DNA of 64,000 bases, taken from Octopus vulgaris. Its lineage: Eukaryota. The stretch lies in NCBI GenBank assembly GCA_951406725.2, contig OX597829.1, positions 27,404,001 through 27,468,000 of the forward strand, in the 5' to 3' direction. Below are positions 39,485 to 52,365 of this stretch, one piece after another (within the stretch, counting starts at the first letter, position 1; each line of letters begins with the position of its first letter). The notes beneath the pieces were generated by a model, which made no database searches, had not been told where the DNA came from, and saw only the letters and a list, made by a program, of their open reading frames with translations. Position numbers and translations under genes: made by a program.

Positions 39485-40475
39485 TTCTTTCAAATTTGCT
39501 TCCATTTCTTGCCGAGTGTCTTCCCGACTCCTAGGGCAAAGAAACTCATAGTATACATTGGTAGGCCATTACACCAAACTCAATAGTTCGTTCATTTTTT
39601 AAATTTTTTTTTTAAAGTTAAATTAAAATACATGAGCAGCAACAATTCTCACATCGACAATGCTCTTCTCAATACACGTGATGTACCAGTTAAGACAATC
39701 TTTTGCACTTCTTGCAGGGATGGTAAGCCAGGGATCATTCTCATATAATTTTCGGTTCCCTTCTTGATCATTCCTAGTGCTCCTACGATCACTGGTATTG
39801 TAACCGCCTTGAGATGCCACATTTTCTCAATTTCAATGAGTAGGTCTTTATATTTTCTGAGCTTGTCAAACTCTTTCGCTGAGATATTATGATCACAGGG
39901 GATGCTCATGTCGATCAACAAGCAAACTTTATTGTTTTGGTCTTTCACAACAATATCTGGTTTATTGGCCTTGATGGTTCGGTCTGTATGTACTGGAAAG
40001 TCCCACAGAATGGTTATATTTTCTCCTTCAGTTACAACCTCAGGGTGGTGATTATACCACTTGTCGGCAGTTTTGATATTGTAATGCCGACTTATTAGCC
40101 AGTGTAGATATTGGCCAACTCTGTCATGTCTTAATTTATACTCCACTGGTGCTAAGACTTTACATCCAGAGATTAGATGGTCCACTGTTTCAATCATGTC
40201 GTTGCAGAATCGGCATTTTGGGTCTGCTCCATTTTTCATCACATTGGCCTGGTAGTTCCGGGTTAATAGGCTTTGATCTTGAGCAGCCAGGATGAAACCT
40301 TCGCTCTCTGCTTTTAGCCCTGAGCTCCGTAGCCACTGATGGGTTTGCTTCTGGTCAACATCAGCTTGTTTGCTGCGGGTCACATATTTGCCGTGCAGAG
40401 GTTTCTCCTCCCACCTATCAGCCAATTGCTCGTGCGCTTTTTTCGTTGCCATCATTTTCACCTTCTTTGCAACAA
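39485..40475 (-). mobile_element. 5'-truncated Dong/R4 LINE with an open 270-aa C-terminal frame (39649-40461)
   Basis: KPLHGKY, ESEGFILAAQDQ, CRFC..ETVDHLISGC..RHD, ILWDFPVHTD..KPDIVV..IDMSIP..KEFDKLRKY, IPVIVGALG; (AAT)n on both sides. Confidence 0.93.
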
Positions 40476-40476
40476 A

Positions 40477-40705
<229 letters not shown>

Positions 40706-40714
40706 CGTAGTTGT

Positions 40715-41080
40715 TATTGGCAAGACGGGTGGAGCTGAATGGATCTACCTCGAATATTCTTTTGTAAGTAGGAGGAAAGAAACTGGAAGATGTCACTTCC
40801 CACACCTTGGGGATGGCTGAGTAATCCGGGACTTTTTGTACGGAGTTTACCCCCCGAATGATCTTAAGTGGACAACCCCGCTATGGGTGATTCAATTTAT
40901 AAATTATTTATTTTTCTAATTTATATTTATATATCCTTTACTTATAGCCTTTAATGTTGTAGTGTCTCTCTTTGTTCGATGTAAACCCCAGCGTTTTTTT
41001 TTGTTAGCTTTTTTTTTGTATATCGTTCTTTGATATTGTTCTTCATGTCTTGAACCCTTCTGGGCAGTAAAAGAAACCAA
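40715..41080 (+). mobile_element. Probable LINE 3' end (Tx1/L1-like)
   Basis: Short ORF end LARRVELNGSTSNILL*, T-rich UTR, terminal TTGTTCTTCATGTCTTGAACCCTTCTGGGCAGTAAAAGAA related to 3021-3060. Confidence 0.4.
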
Positions 41081-41229
41081 TATTAATTTTCCTATTTATT
41101 GGTGCTTATTGGACCATAGAATCACAGTCTAACTCATGGGTTATACGACAGTACTGATTAAAATAATATAATACAAAACAAAGCAAAATAGAAATTTTAT
41201 TAATGTCTGACTGTTATAAAAGCAAGGTT

Positions 41230-41648
41230 GTAGTGGCTGTGTGGTAAGAAGCTTGCTTCCCAACCTTATGGTTCCGATTCAGTCCCACTGCGTAGCACCT
41301 TGGTTAAGTGTCTTCTACTACAGTCTAGGGTCGATCAAAGCCTTGTGAGTGGATTTGGTAGACGGAAACTAAAAGAAGCTCGTCGTATGTATGTATGTAT
41401 GTATGTATGTATATATGCATGCATGCATGTATGCATACATACATACAGTATTTACCAAGTAAAATAAACTTGACAACCGATGTTGGTGTGTTTACATCCC
41501 CGTAACTCTAGCAGTTCGGCAAAAGAAACAGATATAATAACTACTAGGCTTACAATGACTAAGTCCTGGCGTCGATTTGTTCGACTAAAGCAGTGCTCCA
41601 GCATGGCCGCAGTCAAATGACTGAAACAAGTAAAAGAATAAAAGAATA
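41230..41648 (+). mobile_element. SINE family A, full length
   Basis: Matches 4809-5217; tail (AAAGAAT)n. Confidence 0.88.
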
Positions 41649-41839
41649 CCCGCATGACTGATACTAACGTTGTCAGTCACTAAAGATGGTATCATAAAAT
41701 GTCCACCCTAAGTGGAAAATTTGAACCTAGTGAGGACAAAATTAAAGTACACAACACCAAAAATTTTAAAAAGCATCAGGTCGGGTGTGTGTTTGTTTTT
41801 TTTGTTTTGTTTTTTTGTCGGTTGGTCTTCGTTATCTTT

Positions 41840-42172
41840 CATCTTTTACTTGTTTCAGTCATTGAATTGCGACTAATGCTGGGGCATTGCCTTCAAGGGT
41901 TTAGTCGAACAAATCGACCCTAGTACTTACTCAATTTTAAAACCTGGCATTTATTCTATAGGTCTTCTTTGCCGGACAGCTAAGCTACAGGGACGCAAAA
42001 CTAATCAACACCGTTTGTCAAGCAGTGTTGGAAGACAAACACAACACAAGTACAGACACACATACTTACATGCACATACATGCTATATGTGTACGACGAG
42101 TTTCTTCCAGTTTCTATCAACCAAATCCACTCACAAGGTTTTAGACGGCAAGAGACTCTAGTAGAAGACACC
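41840..42172 (-). mobile_element. SINE family A, 5'-truncated and diverged
   Basis: Reverse complement of the family A body and tail. Confidence 0.75.
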
Positions 42173-42814
42173 TTTTTGATTTCTTTTTTTTTCTCCCTTC
42201 AGTATCTTCCAAAAATGATTGTCTCAATATTTATAAAAATTTCCGATCAATATTCTCACTCTCCAACCATTAGGCACAAAGCAAGCACAAACATATCCAC
42301 ATACTGAAACAAACACAGGCATATATAGAGACACACATACGAAAACACACACAAACAACTCTAGGTACGTAAGGTCTGCATTCCAAAAGATTAGTCCCTT
42401 CCTAAGGAGAAGAGATTAGTTTTTGAAACGCGAGCCTTCATTTTTTTTTTCTTTCCAAGACGGCTGGGCATAGTTGGTATTTTTAGCAGGCCAGGTTGAC
42501 TACGTAAAAGGCTTCCTCAATGATTGGAAGAAGAGCCATTTTGGTAAGGTCGACTCAATGAACAACGCGTCTCTTCTTTACATCTGTAGCGTTGTATGAA
42601 TGTTGCTAATTATTTCTTCTGATGTTTAGGCTTGTCTCTTTGTGTTCTCAGCTTGAATCTCACTGAGACAAATTTTGCCTTTCATTACTATGGTTTCAAT
42701 AAAATAAATACCTGTGAAATACTGACCTTGTTTTAATCCAGTACTCCCCCCACACACACACACACACAACTCGGTAAGTTGGTCGATTGCTAAAGCCATT
42801 TACACAACACAAGA

Positions 42815-42940
42815 ATGCTTTTGCGGTATTCGTTCCAACACTCTTCTCTCTAAGTTCAAATCCTACCGACTTCAACTTGGCCATTCATCTTTTTGGGGTC
42901 GATAAATAAAGTGTTAATGAAATACTGGTGTCGATTTACC
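42815..42940 (+). mobile_element. Degraded SINE family B fragment
   Basis: GCGGTATTCGT..AAGTTCAAATCC..TTCATCTTTTTGGGGTCGATAAAT. Confidence 0.6.
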
Positions 42941-42954
42941 CTTCACTTTCAGTG

Positions 42955-43000
<46 letters not shown>

Positions 43001-43185
43001 TCTCTCGCTCTCCCGCCCTTTCTGTGATGTAAAAGCTGCTTTTTGAATCCCTTCAGGATGAGCTCAATACTGTATTTCTCAACAAGGGGGACTGGCATCA
43101 CAGTAAGGGGTACTGGCATCCCTTTCCCCTGCATTATATTTTTAGCACCCTGCTAAAACTTAATGTATGGGTTGCTGGGGAGGTG

Positions 43186-43398
43186 CTAGGACAATTCTTC
43201 CCCGGTTATTTCGTCGTCGGTTAATTTGTCCCCGGTCAATTCGTCGTCGATCAATTAATCCCTAGGTCATTTCGTCGCTGGTTAAATTCGTCCCGAAATA
43301 CTCTTAAATGTGATTTTTGAGGGAAGGTTTAGAACAATCATTTTAGAATTAAAATTGTTGTGGAACATTTTTAGATATTTTTTCTTTCTTTAACCTCT

Positions 43399-43442
<44 letters not shown>

Positions 43443-43825
43443 TAAGTATCTTCACAGAACAGTTTACGAACAAAGATTTTCAAGCAAATTGAACTAAATT
43501 TATTCAATACGCTATCAACATGACTACCTGCAAGATCATAACTTCGGAGAAAGGAAAAATCAAAGGGGTCGATCAAGAAAATTATATATATACACACAAA
43601 AAATAAGTAGAATGCAGATGGATTGAAGATATACTGGGGGTGCGAAAATAGTGTGTGTGCAAGGCGAGAATTCATACAGATGAAAATAATAAAAGAGCTA
43701 AAGAAGATTGAGATCCATAATCACGCTTCAATTGCAGAATGAGAGACCTGATAATATAATTATGGATTTCGAAAGAGCAGCCCATAACGGATTTCTGGAA
43801 TCGTTTCCTGGGTCAAATTTGGCAT
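43186..43825 (+). mobile_element. MULE (Phantom-like) remnant: subterminal 15-16-bp repeats plus FLYWCH and DDE fragments
   Basis: GGTCAATTCGTCGTC-type tandem units at 43188-43276; IITSEKGK..KIYWGCENS..KARIHTDENNK..HNH; IMDFERAAHNGFLESFPG. Confidence 0.8.
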
Positions 43826-45650
43826 GGTGGTGGTGGTGATGGTCCTGGTGCGGGTGCTGGTGGGTTAGTATTTTAATATGTTAGATTGAAATTGGGTAGA
43901 GGCATGTCATAAATGGTAAGGTGCCACACCAAGTGTGTCATCTGACATGCAAGAAATATCAACTAAACTCCACAGGGCATCTGGTGCCTTGTGAAGTTTA
44001 GTTTCATATTTCGATGTTTTGAATTCAAATATTACCAAGAATGGTCTTGAATTCCATTTCCCTCTAGATCGATAAAATAAGCACCAGTTTATATATTCAA
44101 CGGAACTTTAGAATTCAAGATGATAAACATGTTCGTGGGTGTCGGAGTAGATTCTGTGCTGCCAGAAAATAGGTTCCGGCCTAGAATAAATAAATCAGCG
44201 ATCCAGATTTAATCTAACCTTTGCTCCAATTGACAATAAGAACAATGTTACGTTACACCCCCACTCCCCAAATCCTGTTCCCCTGAATAAAAATAAATAA
44301 AAATAAAAGGAAAGGCAGGAAGAAATGAAACCAATGTTATACTTACTGTCAGTGCTTATTCAACAGGGTATATACTTCCGGTGAATCGTTTTGACAATGC
44401 GGTTTTAATTTCCTGCTGACACGGCTCTCCACCCCCATTTCATTTATATCTCTAATGACATCTGGCAAAAGGTAAAACGTGATAGCGGTCATATAATCGC
44501 TTCACTTACCAGTGGCTAAATATAGTCACGATAACAGACCTCCCTCCCACTGTTGCCACCGTCACCGCTACCGCTTCTGTTGTTGTTTAGCTAAATTTTG
44601 TAACGAAATTATATTGAACCTCCATACATAACCAGCTACGTTTTCTACTAACTGATAACGCATAACTATAATCAAAAGTATGCCTTTGTTTTTATTCATA
44701 GTATGCCTAGGACTAATCCAATGTGTCAAAGCGTGATTTAGAAGAAATTTGGTTTCTATTCTCGTACGTTGAGCGTTTGTGGGAAGCAACATTTCTTACT
44801 CTAGACGATGGCGCCCCTGACCGGGGTTTGTGAGCTCACATGGGGTAATAAACCTCCAGAGAGCGCTGAAAGTTTAGAGGAGGTCGTGATTTTTCGTAGA
44901 AATAAAGCACTTAACCTAGATATAATACTTATCGTTTAACTCAGCATTTAAACTGGCAATATCCAGCTCAGACATTTTGTGTTCAAACCAGCCAGATCCG
45001 GGTTCTCAGACTTAAACTACAACGCCGTTCTAAAGATAAATATAACCGAAATTTTGAAGCTGCGAGAAAATGCATTATTAATTCACAACAGTACGAATAA
45101 ATAAGCATTACATTTGTCAGAGTAAACACATTTTTTTTTCAATATCTTTGGTAGCAATTAAAATGTGAGGAGTAGGACATTGTGTTATCGATGAGTGAAA
45201 TATGGATGATGATATACCCTGGTCCAACAACACAATTTCGTTATATAAGTCCTCACTTCAGTAATTTCAGTAAAAATGTAACATAAGAAGCTCATGTTGG
45301 GTGGGACGTTACAAGAAAATGTGTTTAATAAACCACAACTGAGTTTTTATTAAAATAATAATTAATTGATTAATCAATTCGTGTATTTTGCAATGCATAA
45401 AGGAAAAGGCATATTACAAACGCCTGTTTCTCGTGTCTTGCAAATTAAAAAAGTTTCTCTATGGTCTATAGAAGCTTATATGCAATAGAAAACGTTTTAA
45501 AAAAGTCTGTTTAATTTATTTATCTACGTAATCTGCATACTGATAACCACAATGAAAGACCCATGATTACGATTCATTAAAATTATATTTAACGGGAATT
45601 TATTTAACAGCACTTTCATCAGGAAGTAAAGCACTTGCAAATATTAATCA

Positions 45651-46025
45651 CTAGCAGTATCGCCCGGCATTGCTAGGGTTTGTTTCGACCCTTTAGAATT
45701 GGAATTTTTGAAAAGTAAAAATTTTGCATACTGTAGCTTGCTATTCTCTTTAAGTGAACATTTTCCTGGTTGAAATACACCGAAAAATGGCGACACAGCA
45801 GTCAAAAATTCGTAAAAAATAGGGATTTTCATAGAAAAAAAAGCACTTTTTTTATGTAAATAATTTTTGGTGTTAACATGGTCCGATTTGATTTTTTTCT
45901 TCTACAGAAGGAAGAGCAAGCCTTCCTCTATAATACTCTCAGTTTGGGTCTCGGAGGAGATAGTGTTAGTTGAAGGCTATCAAACCTGCCACCCACAGAC
46001 AGCTTCAACTTTATATATAGAGAGA
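45651..46025 (-). mobile_element. Non-autonomous Helitron-like element
   Basis: Minus strand TCTCTCTATATATAAAGTTG.. to CCCTAGCAATGCCGGGCGATACTGCTAG, A|T insertion site; termini shared with 983-1358. Confidence 0.75.
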
Positions 46026-46289
46026 TTTACAATTATGTACTTTGATGGAAATCACACGTACAGTAGCTATTTCACTTCTTTATCTGTTTTTGCTTATGTC
46101 TATTTGTAGGAAAATGAAACTGTTTCGTCCCTAACAACGAATTTTTTACAGTGTGATCATGGAAACAGAGGTTATATTAGATTTAGAGATGGTAAGAAAC
46201 TGACAAACCGCTGTAACGGATGTCTGACGACTTAGTGATGGAATTTGAGCAAAAGAAAAGCAAGAAATAAATGCTTTTCAACGCCTTTA

Positions 46290-46545
46290 TTTTCTTTTAC
46301 TTGTTTCAATCTTTGGATTGCGACCATACAGGGGCCCGAATTGAAGTATTTAGCCAAACAGATCGATTCCAGTATTTATTTTTGTAAAAATTTGTTATTC
46401 ATTTACAAAAATAAATACTGGAGTCGATCTGTTTGACTAAATACTTCATTGGATGAAAATGAACATATGTTACAGGGACGCCGAGTTACAGGGACAAAAA
46501 AAATCAGCACCGGTTGTCAAGTGGCAGGAGTGACAAACATAGACG
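46290..46545 (-). mobile_element. SINE family A tail with internal inverted duplication (46342-46448)
   Basis: TGAAGTATTTAGCCAAACAGATCGATTCCAGTATTTATTTTTGTAAA mirrored after a 13-nt spacer. Confidence 0.7.
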
Positions 46546-46549
46546 CATG

Positions 46550-46665
46550 TACATATATACATACATGCATACGTACATACACACATACATACATACATAT
46601 ATACATACATACATACATACATACATACATACATACATACATACACACATACATACATACATACA

Positions 46666-46699
<34 letters not shown>

Positions 46700-47122
46700 C
46701 ATACATACATACATACATACATACACACACATACATACATACATACATACATACATACATACACACACACATACATACATACATACATACATACAACACA
46801 CACACACACATATACATACATACATACATACACATACATACATACATATACATACATACATACACACATATACATACATACATACATACATACATACACA
46901 CATATACATACATACATACATACATACATACACATACATACATACATACATACACATACATACATACATACATACATACACACATATACATACATACATA
47001 CATACATACATACATACATACACACATATACATACATACATACATACATACATACATACAAACACACACACACATACACAGAGGCATACATTCACTCATA
47101 CACACACATATACATACACATA
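46550..47122. repeat. (TACA)n/(CA)n microsatellite
   Basis: Direct reading. Confidence 0.97.
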
Positions 47123-47427
47123 CCAGGCTGAGCCAAAAGTTTTTCGGATTTTCACTTATGATATTTGACAACTTGTATTTCCATGTTATATCATTATTTT
47201 GATACAACTTGTTGTCCAAAGGTTGGTAACTGAATTGTTTATTCTTCATTTTCGTATATAACATATAAACATGAATAGACTCCGCTCAAAACATTCACCG
47301 GAACAGATTAGTTCATTTTTATCCATGCCCTGAGTCTCCTCCAGAACGAATTTCCACTCACAAAACAACTCGGAGGTGTACGTAGTAGGTGATGCTGTAG
47401 AAATCTGTCTGACACTATCAAATGTTT

Positions 47428-47488
47428 AATAATAATAATAATAATAATGTTGATGATAATAATAATAATAATAATAATGATGATGATG

Positions 47489-47526
<38 letters not shown>

Positions 47527-47527
47527 G

Positions 47528-47567
<40 letters not shown>

Positions 47568-47686
47568 TGATAATAATAATAATGATAATAATAATAATAA
47601 TAATAATAAGGATAATAATAACAATGATAATAATAATAATAATAATGATAATAATAATAATAATAAAAATAATAATGATGATGATG

Positions 47687-47731
<45 letters not shown>

Positions 47732-47734
47732 GTA

Positions 47735-47783
<49 letters not shown>

Positions 47784-47964
47784 TAATAATAATAATAATA
47801 ATAATAGTAATAGTAATAATAATAATAATAACAATAATAATAATAACAACAACAACAATAATAATAATGATAACAATAACAACAACAACCACAACAGCAA
47901 CAGCAACAACAATAGTATTAACAACAACAATATTAATAATAATAAAAACAATAATAAAAATAAA

Positions 47965-48029
<65 letters not shown>

Positions 48030-48050
48030 TAATAATAATAATAATAATAA

Positions 48051-48090
<40 letters not shown>

Positions 48091-48243
48091 TAATAATAAC
48101 AACAACAACAACAATAACAACAACAATAATAATAATAATAACAATAACAACAACAACAACAGCAACAGCAACGACAACAACAATGATATTAACAACAACA
48201 ATATTAATAATAATAAAAACAATAATAATAAAAAAATAATAAT

Positions 48244-48314
<71 letters not shown>

Positions 48315-48381
48315 TGATGATGATGATGATGATGAAGATGATGATGATGACGATGATGATGATGATTGTGATGATAATAAT
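47428..48381. repeat. (AAT)n/(AAC)n/(GAT)n microsatellite, about 950 bp
   Basis: Direct reading. Confidence 0.98.
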
Positions 48382-48474
48382 AGCGACTTCACTTATGAAG
48401 TACAGATGACAAATTAATCTATTTGCTCATTAATACAGAAACTCGAGTTTGGGGATAACTATATATATAGCAAC

Positions 48475-49389
48475 AAAATAGAGACAGATATCTACTATAA
48501 ACCGACAGACTCTAAACAGTACCTACCCTTTGATTCATGCCACCCACGACACACTAGAATGAATGTCCCTTTTTGTTTAGCTAGAAGGATTTGCACCATA
48601 ATATCAGACACAAACACCCGACACACACGTCTCCAGGAACTTAGAACCACACTCACAAATAGAAACTATCCACAGCCCCTAATAGACAGTGCAATCCAAC
48701 GGGTACTTAAATTAAGTATAGAAGACCTGAGACAAACAAAACCAAAAAAGAAAGAACAATTAAAAACCCTTCCCTACATTTCTACACACAACCCACTCAA
48801 CAATGAGGCCTTCAACACCATACTACAAAGCACAGCCCTACTAAAGGGAGACCCAAAGATGAACCGGATCCTCGAAACACACACCATCATTAAAAGTAAA
48901 CGGCAACCAAAATCCTTGAAAAGGATTTTAACCCAAGCTACACTGCACTCAACATCAACCACAAAACCAGCAGTTAGAAAATGTGGAAGGCCCAACTGCG
49001 GAATCTGTGTCATCTTGAAAGAAGGATCAGAATTTATACTGGAACAAGGCCACCAGTTCACCATTAGAACAAACTTCACCTGCGCATCAGAAAACTTAAT
49101 TTACGTCATAACATGCGCAGGCTGCAATAGGCAGTATATAGGCCATACAAAAAATAGCTTACGTAACAGGATGGCGGTGCATAAATCACAAATTAGAAAC
49201 CCTGATTACCGCAAAATACCGGTCAGCGGACACATAGATAGATGTGCTGGAAATGTAAATCCGAAATTTACAACTAACCCGCTCTATAAATTCAGTGACA
49301 ACGCAACCTTCACACAACGCCAAAATAAAGAACTATATTTCATAAAAAAATTTAGACCAAGTTTAAACACCCTGGGCCAGGAATACTAA
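48475..49389 (+). CDS. Penelope RT C-terminus plus GIY-YIG endonuclease (partial, frame open)
   Basis: TDIYYKPTDSKQYLPFDSCHPRHTRMNVPFCLARRIC, CGRPNCGIC, NLIYVITCAGCNRQYIGHT..RMAVH, KELYFIKKFRPSLN. Confidence 0.92.
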   Translation, partial: KIETDIYYKPTDSKQYLPFDSCHPRHTRMNVPFCLARRICTIISDTNTRHTRLQELRTTLTNRNYPQPLIDSAIQRVLKLSIEDLRQTKPKKKEQLKTLPYISTHNPLNNEAFNTILQSTALLKGDPKMNRILETHTIIKSKRQPKSLKRILTQATLHSTSTTKPAVRKCGRPNCGICVILKEGSEFILEQGHQFTIRTNFTCASENLIYVITCAGCNRQYIGHTKNSLRNRMAVHKSQIRNPDYRKIPVSGHIDRCAGNVNPKFTTNPLYKFSDNATFTQRQNKELYFIKKFRPSLNTLGQEY

Positions 49390-49554
49390 AACAAAAGATA
49401 AGTCCTCCGAAAAGGAGAAGCAAAATTCCACCACGACCGCTACTTCAAACAGACACTCACTCTGACGGAAATATACCTAAGTAAAAAAGGGAAAAAAATT
49501 CTTTCGTGCAAATCTGACCCTGATACATACGATACAGCTAAGGGTCAGACCCGA

Positions 49555-50025
49555 TTCTGATTGGTCAACAAGTTGATGACGTCTAGCTCAGCTAGAATGG
49601 ACAGGATACAAACAGGGGACAGTCATTAGTCAGAATATTGATGACGTCCTTTTCTGCTTGAATAGTCACCTAACAAGTACAGACAAGGGGCAGATCTAAT
49701 GTAGCTATAAGTCGTGATTGGGCAGAATCTGCATGACGTCCCGTTCTGCTTGACTAACGAAGCGACTGGTCAGGACAGGAAACAAACAAGAGGCAGTTAT
49801 AATGCAGCGATCGGTGAAAATAATGATGACGTCCCGTTCTACTTGACTAACGAAGTGACTGGTCAAAACAGGAAAACAAACAAGAGGCAGTTATAATGCA
49901 GCGATTGGTCAAAATAATGATGACGTCCCGTTCTACTTGACTAAAGCCACCTAACGAAACGATTGGTCAAAACGTTGATGACGTCACACTACGCTGAATT
50001 GACCACCTAATAGGCATTATAAAAC
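49555..50025 (+). promoter_or_regulatory. Candidate pLTR promoter: six ATTGG-N12-TGACGT modules upstream of TATAAAA
   Basis: Modules near 49560, 49625, 49717, 49810, 49903 and 49962 (two have one mismatch in ATTGG), partly in 93-bp tandem repeats; TATAAAA at 50018. Confidence 0.5.
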
Positions 50026-50340
50026 CGAACACTTCACAAAAACTCATTAGAACCACCCAGCGAACTTCCACCATGGGTCATCACATTTGCTTAAGGTAAA
50101 AATGAATTCCTCGCTCTTTCGGAAACATCAATCTTCTGTATTGATCGCTTTCCACCACTTTGATCTGTTTTTTGTATTGAATACGTATCGCCACCGTGGG
50201 CCACTGCATCGAACACTTTGAACATATACTTCAAACTATATATCAACTATACATATATCAACTATACATGAACTCTAAGATGTCTGACTCCGTTGTGTAT
50301 TATAAATGAATTTCTTGTGTTTGACGGCATGAGCTGTCTT

Positions 50341-50400
50341 TTTTTATATATAACTTTTTTTGATAAAGTTCATTTCAGGAACTGAAACATGTTATAATGT
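50341..50400 (+). ncRNA. Hammerhead motif, U3:A8 variant, in the Penelope pLTR
   Basis: TTGATAA (50360-50366), AGTTC-ATTTCAG-GAACT stem II, GAAACATGTT; imperfect AU-rich stem I. Confidence 0.62.
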
Positions 50401-50449
50401 TATAATTAAAAATTGTATAATACAGCAGCATTTTCGAACTTCATTTTTT

Positions 50450-50488
<39 letters not shown>

Positions 50489-50593
50489 CTTAATAGAATT
50501 CGTGATAAAATCACGTTAATGATTATATCGAGTGGCCAGTATGAAATGAAACCTTGTATATATACTAAATTAATAATCATACATACAATTGTA

Positions 50594-50770
50594 TAATTAC
50601 ATTAAAGGGATCAAGAAAGAACCTTCTCCGACATGCCTAAAGAAGATGCCAAAGGCGCTAAAAAAACCCACTGTATAACTCTTACAAAACACAATCGATT
50701 TTCAGCGCCTTTGGTGTCTTCTTTATGCATGTTGGAGAAGGATCTTTCCAGATCCTTTTAATATAATTAT
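50594..50770. repeat. Palindrome with decayed hammerhead-like motif
   Basis: Arms 50594-50663 and 50700-50770; composite CTAAAGA-AG-(A)YRCC-AAA-GGCG-CT-GAAAATCGATT. Confidence 0.7.
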
Positions 50771-50779
50771 ATATTTAGA

Positions 50780-50980
50780 TTCTTTTATTTGTTTCTGTCA
50801 TTTGACTGCAGCCATGCTGGAGCACTGCCTTTAGTCGAGCAAATCGACCCCAGGACTTATTCTTTGTAAGCTTAGTACTTATTTTATCGTTCTCTTTTTG
50901 CCGAACCCCTAAGTTACGGGGACGTAAACACTCCAACATCGGTTGTCAAGTGATGGTGGCGGGGACAAACGCAGATACAC
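50780..50980 (-). mobile_element. SINE family A 3' half
   Basis: Reverse complement of the family A tail. Confidence 0.85.
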
Positions 50981-50993
50981 AACCATATACATG

Positions 50994-51036
<43 letters not shown>

Positions 51037-51299
51037 ACATATAAAATTGATATGAGCGATTCTTTCTTGTCTTGGGATTCACGGTCAAACGGCTGGTGGA
51101 ATTGCGCGTAAAATACACAGATGTGTAGAATAATCTGGTGGCGATACTGGGATTTGTATTTTTTTCATAGCTCCCAGGGTTACCGAGATAATCTACTATA
51201 ATAATACTCTTATGTTTATGAATAAGAAAGGAAGGGCTGATAGATGAATAAGGAAGAAAGGGGTGCTCTCATAATGGGGCACCACCGTTGGCTGTGTGG

Positions 51300-51650
51300 C
51301 ACTTTCATAATTTAAAACCTTCTCTGAAGTGAGTTATTTGGTGAATGAGGGATTTTGATGCTACTGACCACATCTGCATTTGCTGCCGTGAGGCAGGTTC
51401 ATCTGAAATCCGCAACAGGCGGAGATCCAACTTCGTTTGAAGACACCTACATCGACACCATGCAACTCTCTTTTGGAAGGATACTGAAGAGCTGCGGGCC
51501 CGTGATTGCAATTTACCACGACTAGTGTATCCTGTCTGCATGTTGTACAGCTTTGTGTGATGGGCTTGAAATTTTCTGCATTAAACTGTATGTTGTTGCC
51601 CTCAGCCCACCTGTATATTGCGTCTAACTCCTGTTGCAGAAGGGAGATAT
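51300..51650 (-). mobile_element. CR1/L2-like LINE RT fragment
   Basis: LLQQELDAIYRWAEGNNIQFNAENF resembles the post-YADD segment of CR1-group RTs. Confidence 0.6.
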
Positions 51651-51659
51651 ATGTAATGT

Positions 51660-51688
<29 letters not shown>

Positions 51689-51690
<2 letters not shown>

Positions 51691-51853
51691 GCGCAGGATT
51701 GACTGTGTGGTAAGTAACTTGCTTATCAACCACAAGGTTCTGGGTTCAGTTCCACTGCGTGACACCTTGGGCAAGTGTCTTCTACTATAGCCTCGGGCCG
51801 ACCAAAGCCTTGTGAGTGGATTTAGTAGACGGAAACTGAAAGAAGCTCGTCGT
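51689..51853 (+). mobile_element. SINE family A 5' half
   Basis: Matches 4809-4973; between (TA)n tracts. Confidence 0.9.
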
Positions 51854-52365
51854 ATATATATATAGACATACATACATACATATATATATATATAAAATTT
51901 GGGGGGGGGCATATGTATATTCATTTTCCGTATATGCGTGTGTGTATGCGTATATAAACATGTACGGGTATGTACATATATGGGAGTGTGTGTATGAGTG
52001 CATTAGGGCATGTCCGTATATGAACGTGGTTTTTATGCTTTGTATACTCCCTTACGTTTTTTTCTGTTACCTTTAACCATGGTTTTTCTTGTGCTTGTGC
52101 GTATATAGACGTATGCATGAACTTTTACGGTACGCATGTGTGTGTGTATGAGTTTGTATATATATATGCGTATATATTTGGCGAAAAATGCGAGTGAAGA
52201 TGTGTACGTTTTCATAGTGACGTATAAGTACGCACGTGGGTTCGCGAGCGCACATGTGAGCGTATGACTAGACTATGAAATTTTAATCTTATTTTATATT
52301 AAGTAGCAGAATTATAACACAGTAATTTCCCTTTTTATTTTTTCATAGCGTTTTTTCAGATGGCC

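Larger units (their letters stand above)
48475..50452 (+). mobile_element. 5'-truncated Penelope-like element (RT thumb, GIY-YIG endonuclease, 3' pLTR)
   Basis: ORF below, followed by a repeat-rich non-coding region whose end recurs at 22313-22667; terminates in (TA)n. Confidence 0.9.

Noticed and set aside
43188-43276. Short regularly spaced repeats suggestive of CRISPR
   Set aside because: No unique spacers, eukaryotic context; explained as MULE subterminal repeats
44568-44792. 74-aa non-repetitive ORF on the minus strand
   Set aside because: Non-ATG start, no recognisable motif or splice signals
48398-48455. CAGATGA..GAAACTCGAGTT hammerhead-like string just before the Penelope ORF
   Set aside because: Core mismatch and no convincing stem I or stem II; possibly a decayed HHR but unsupported
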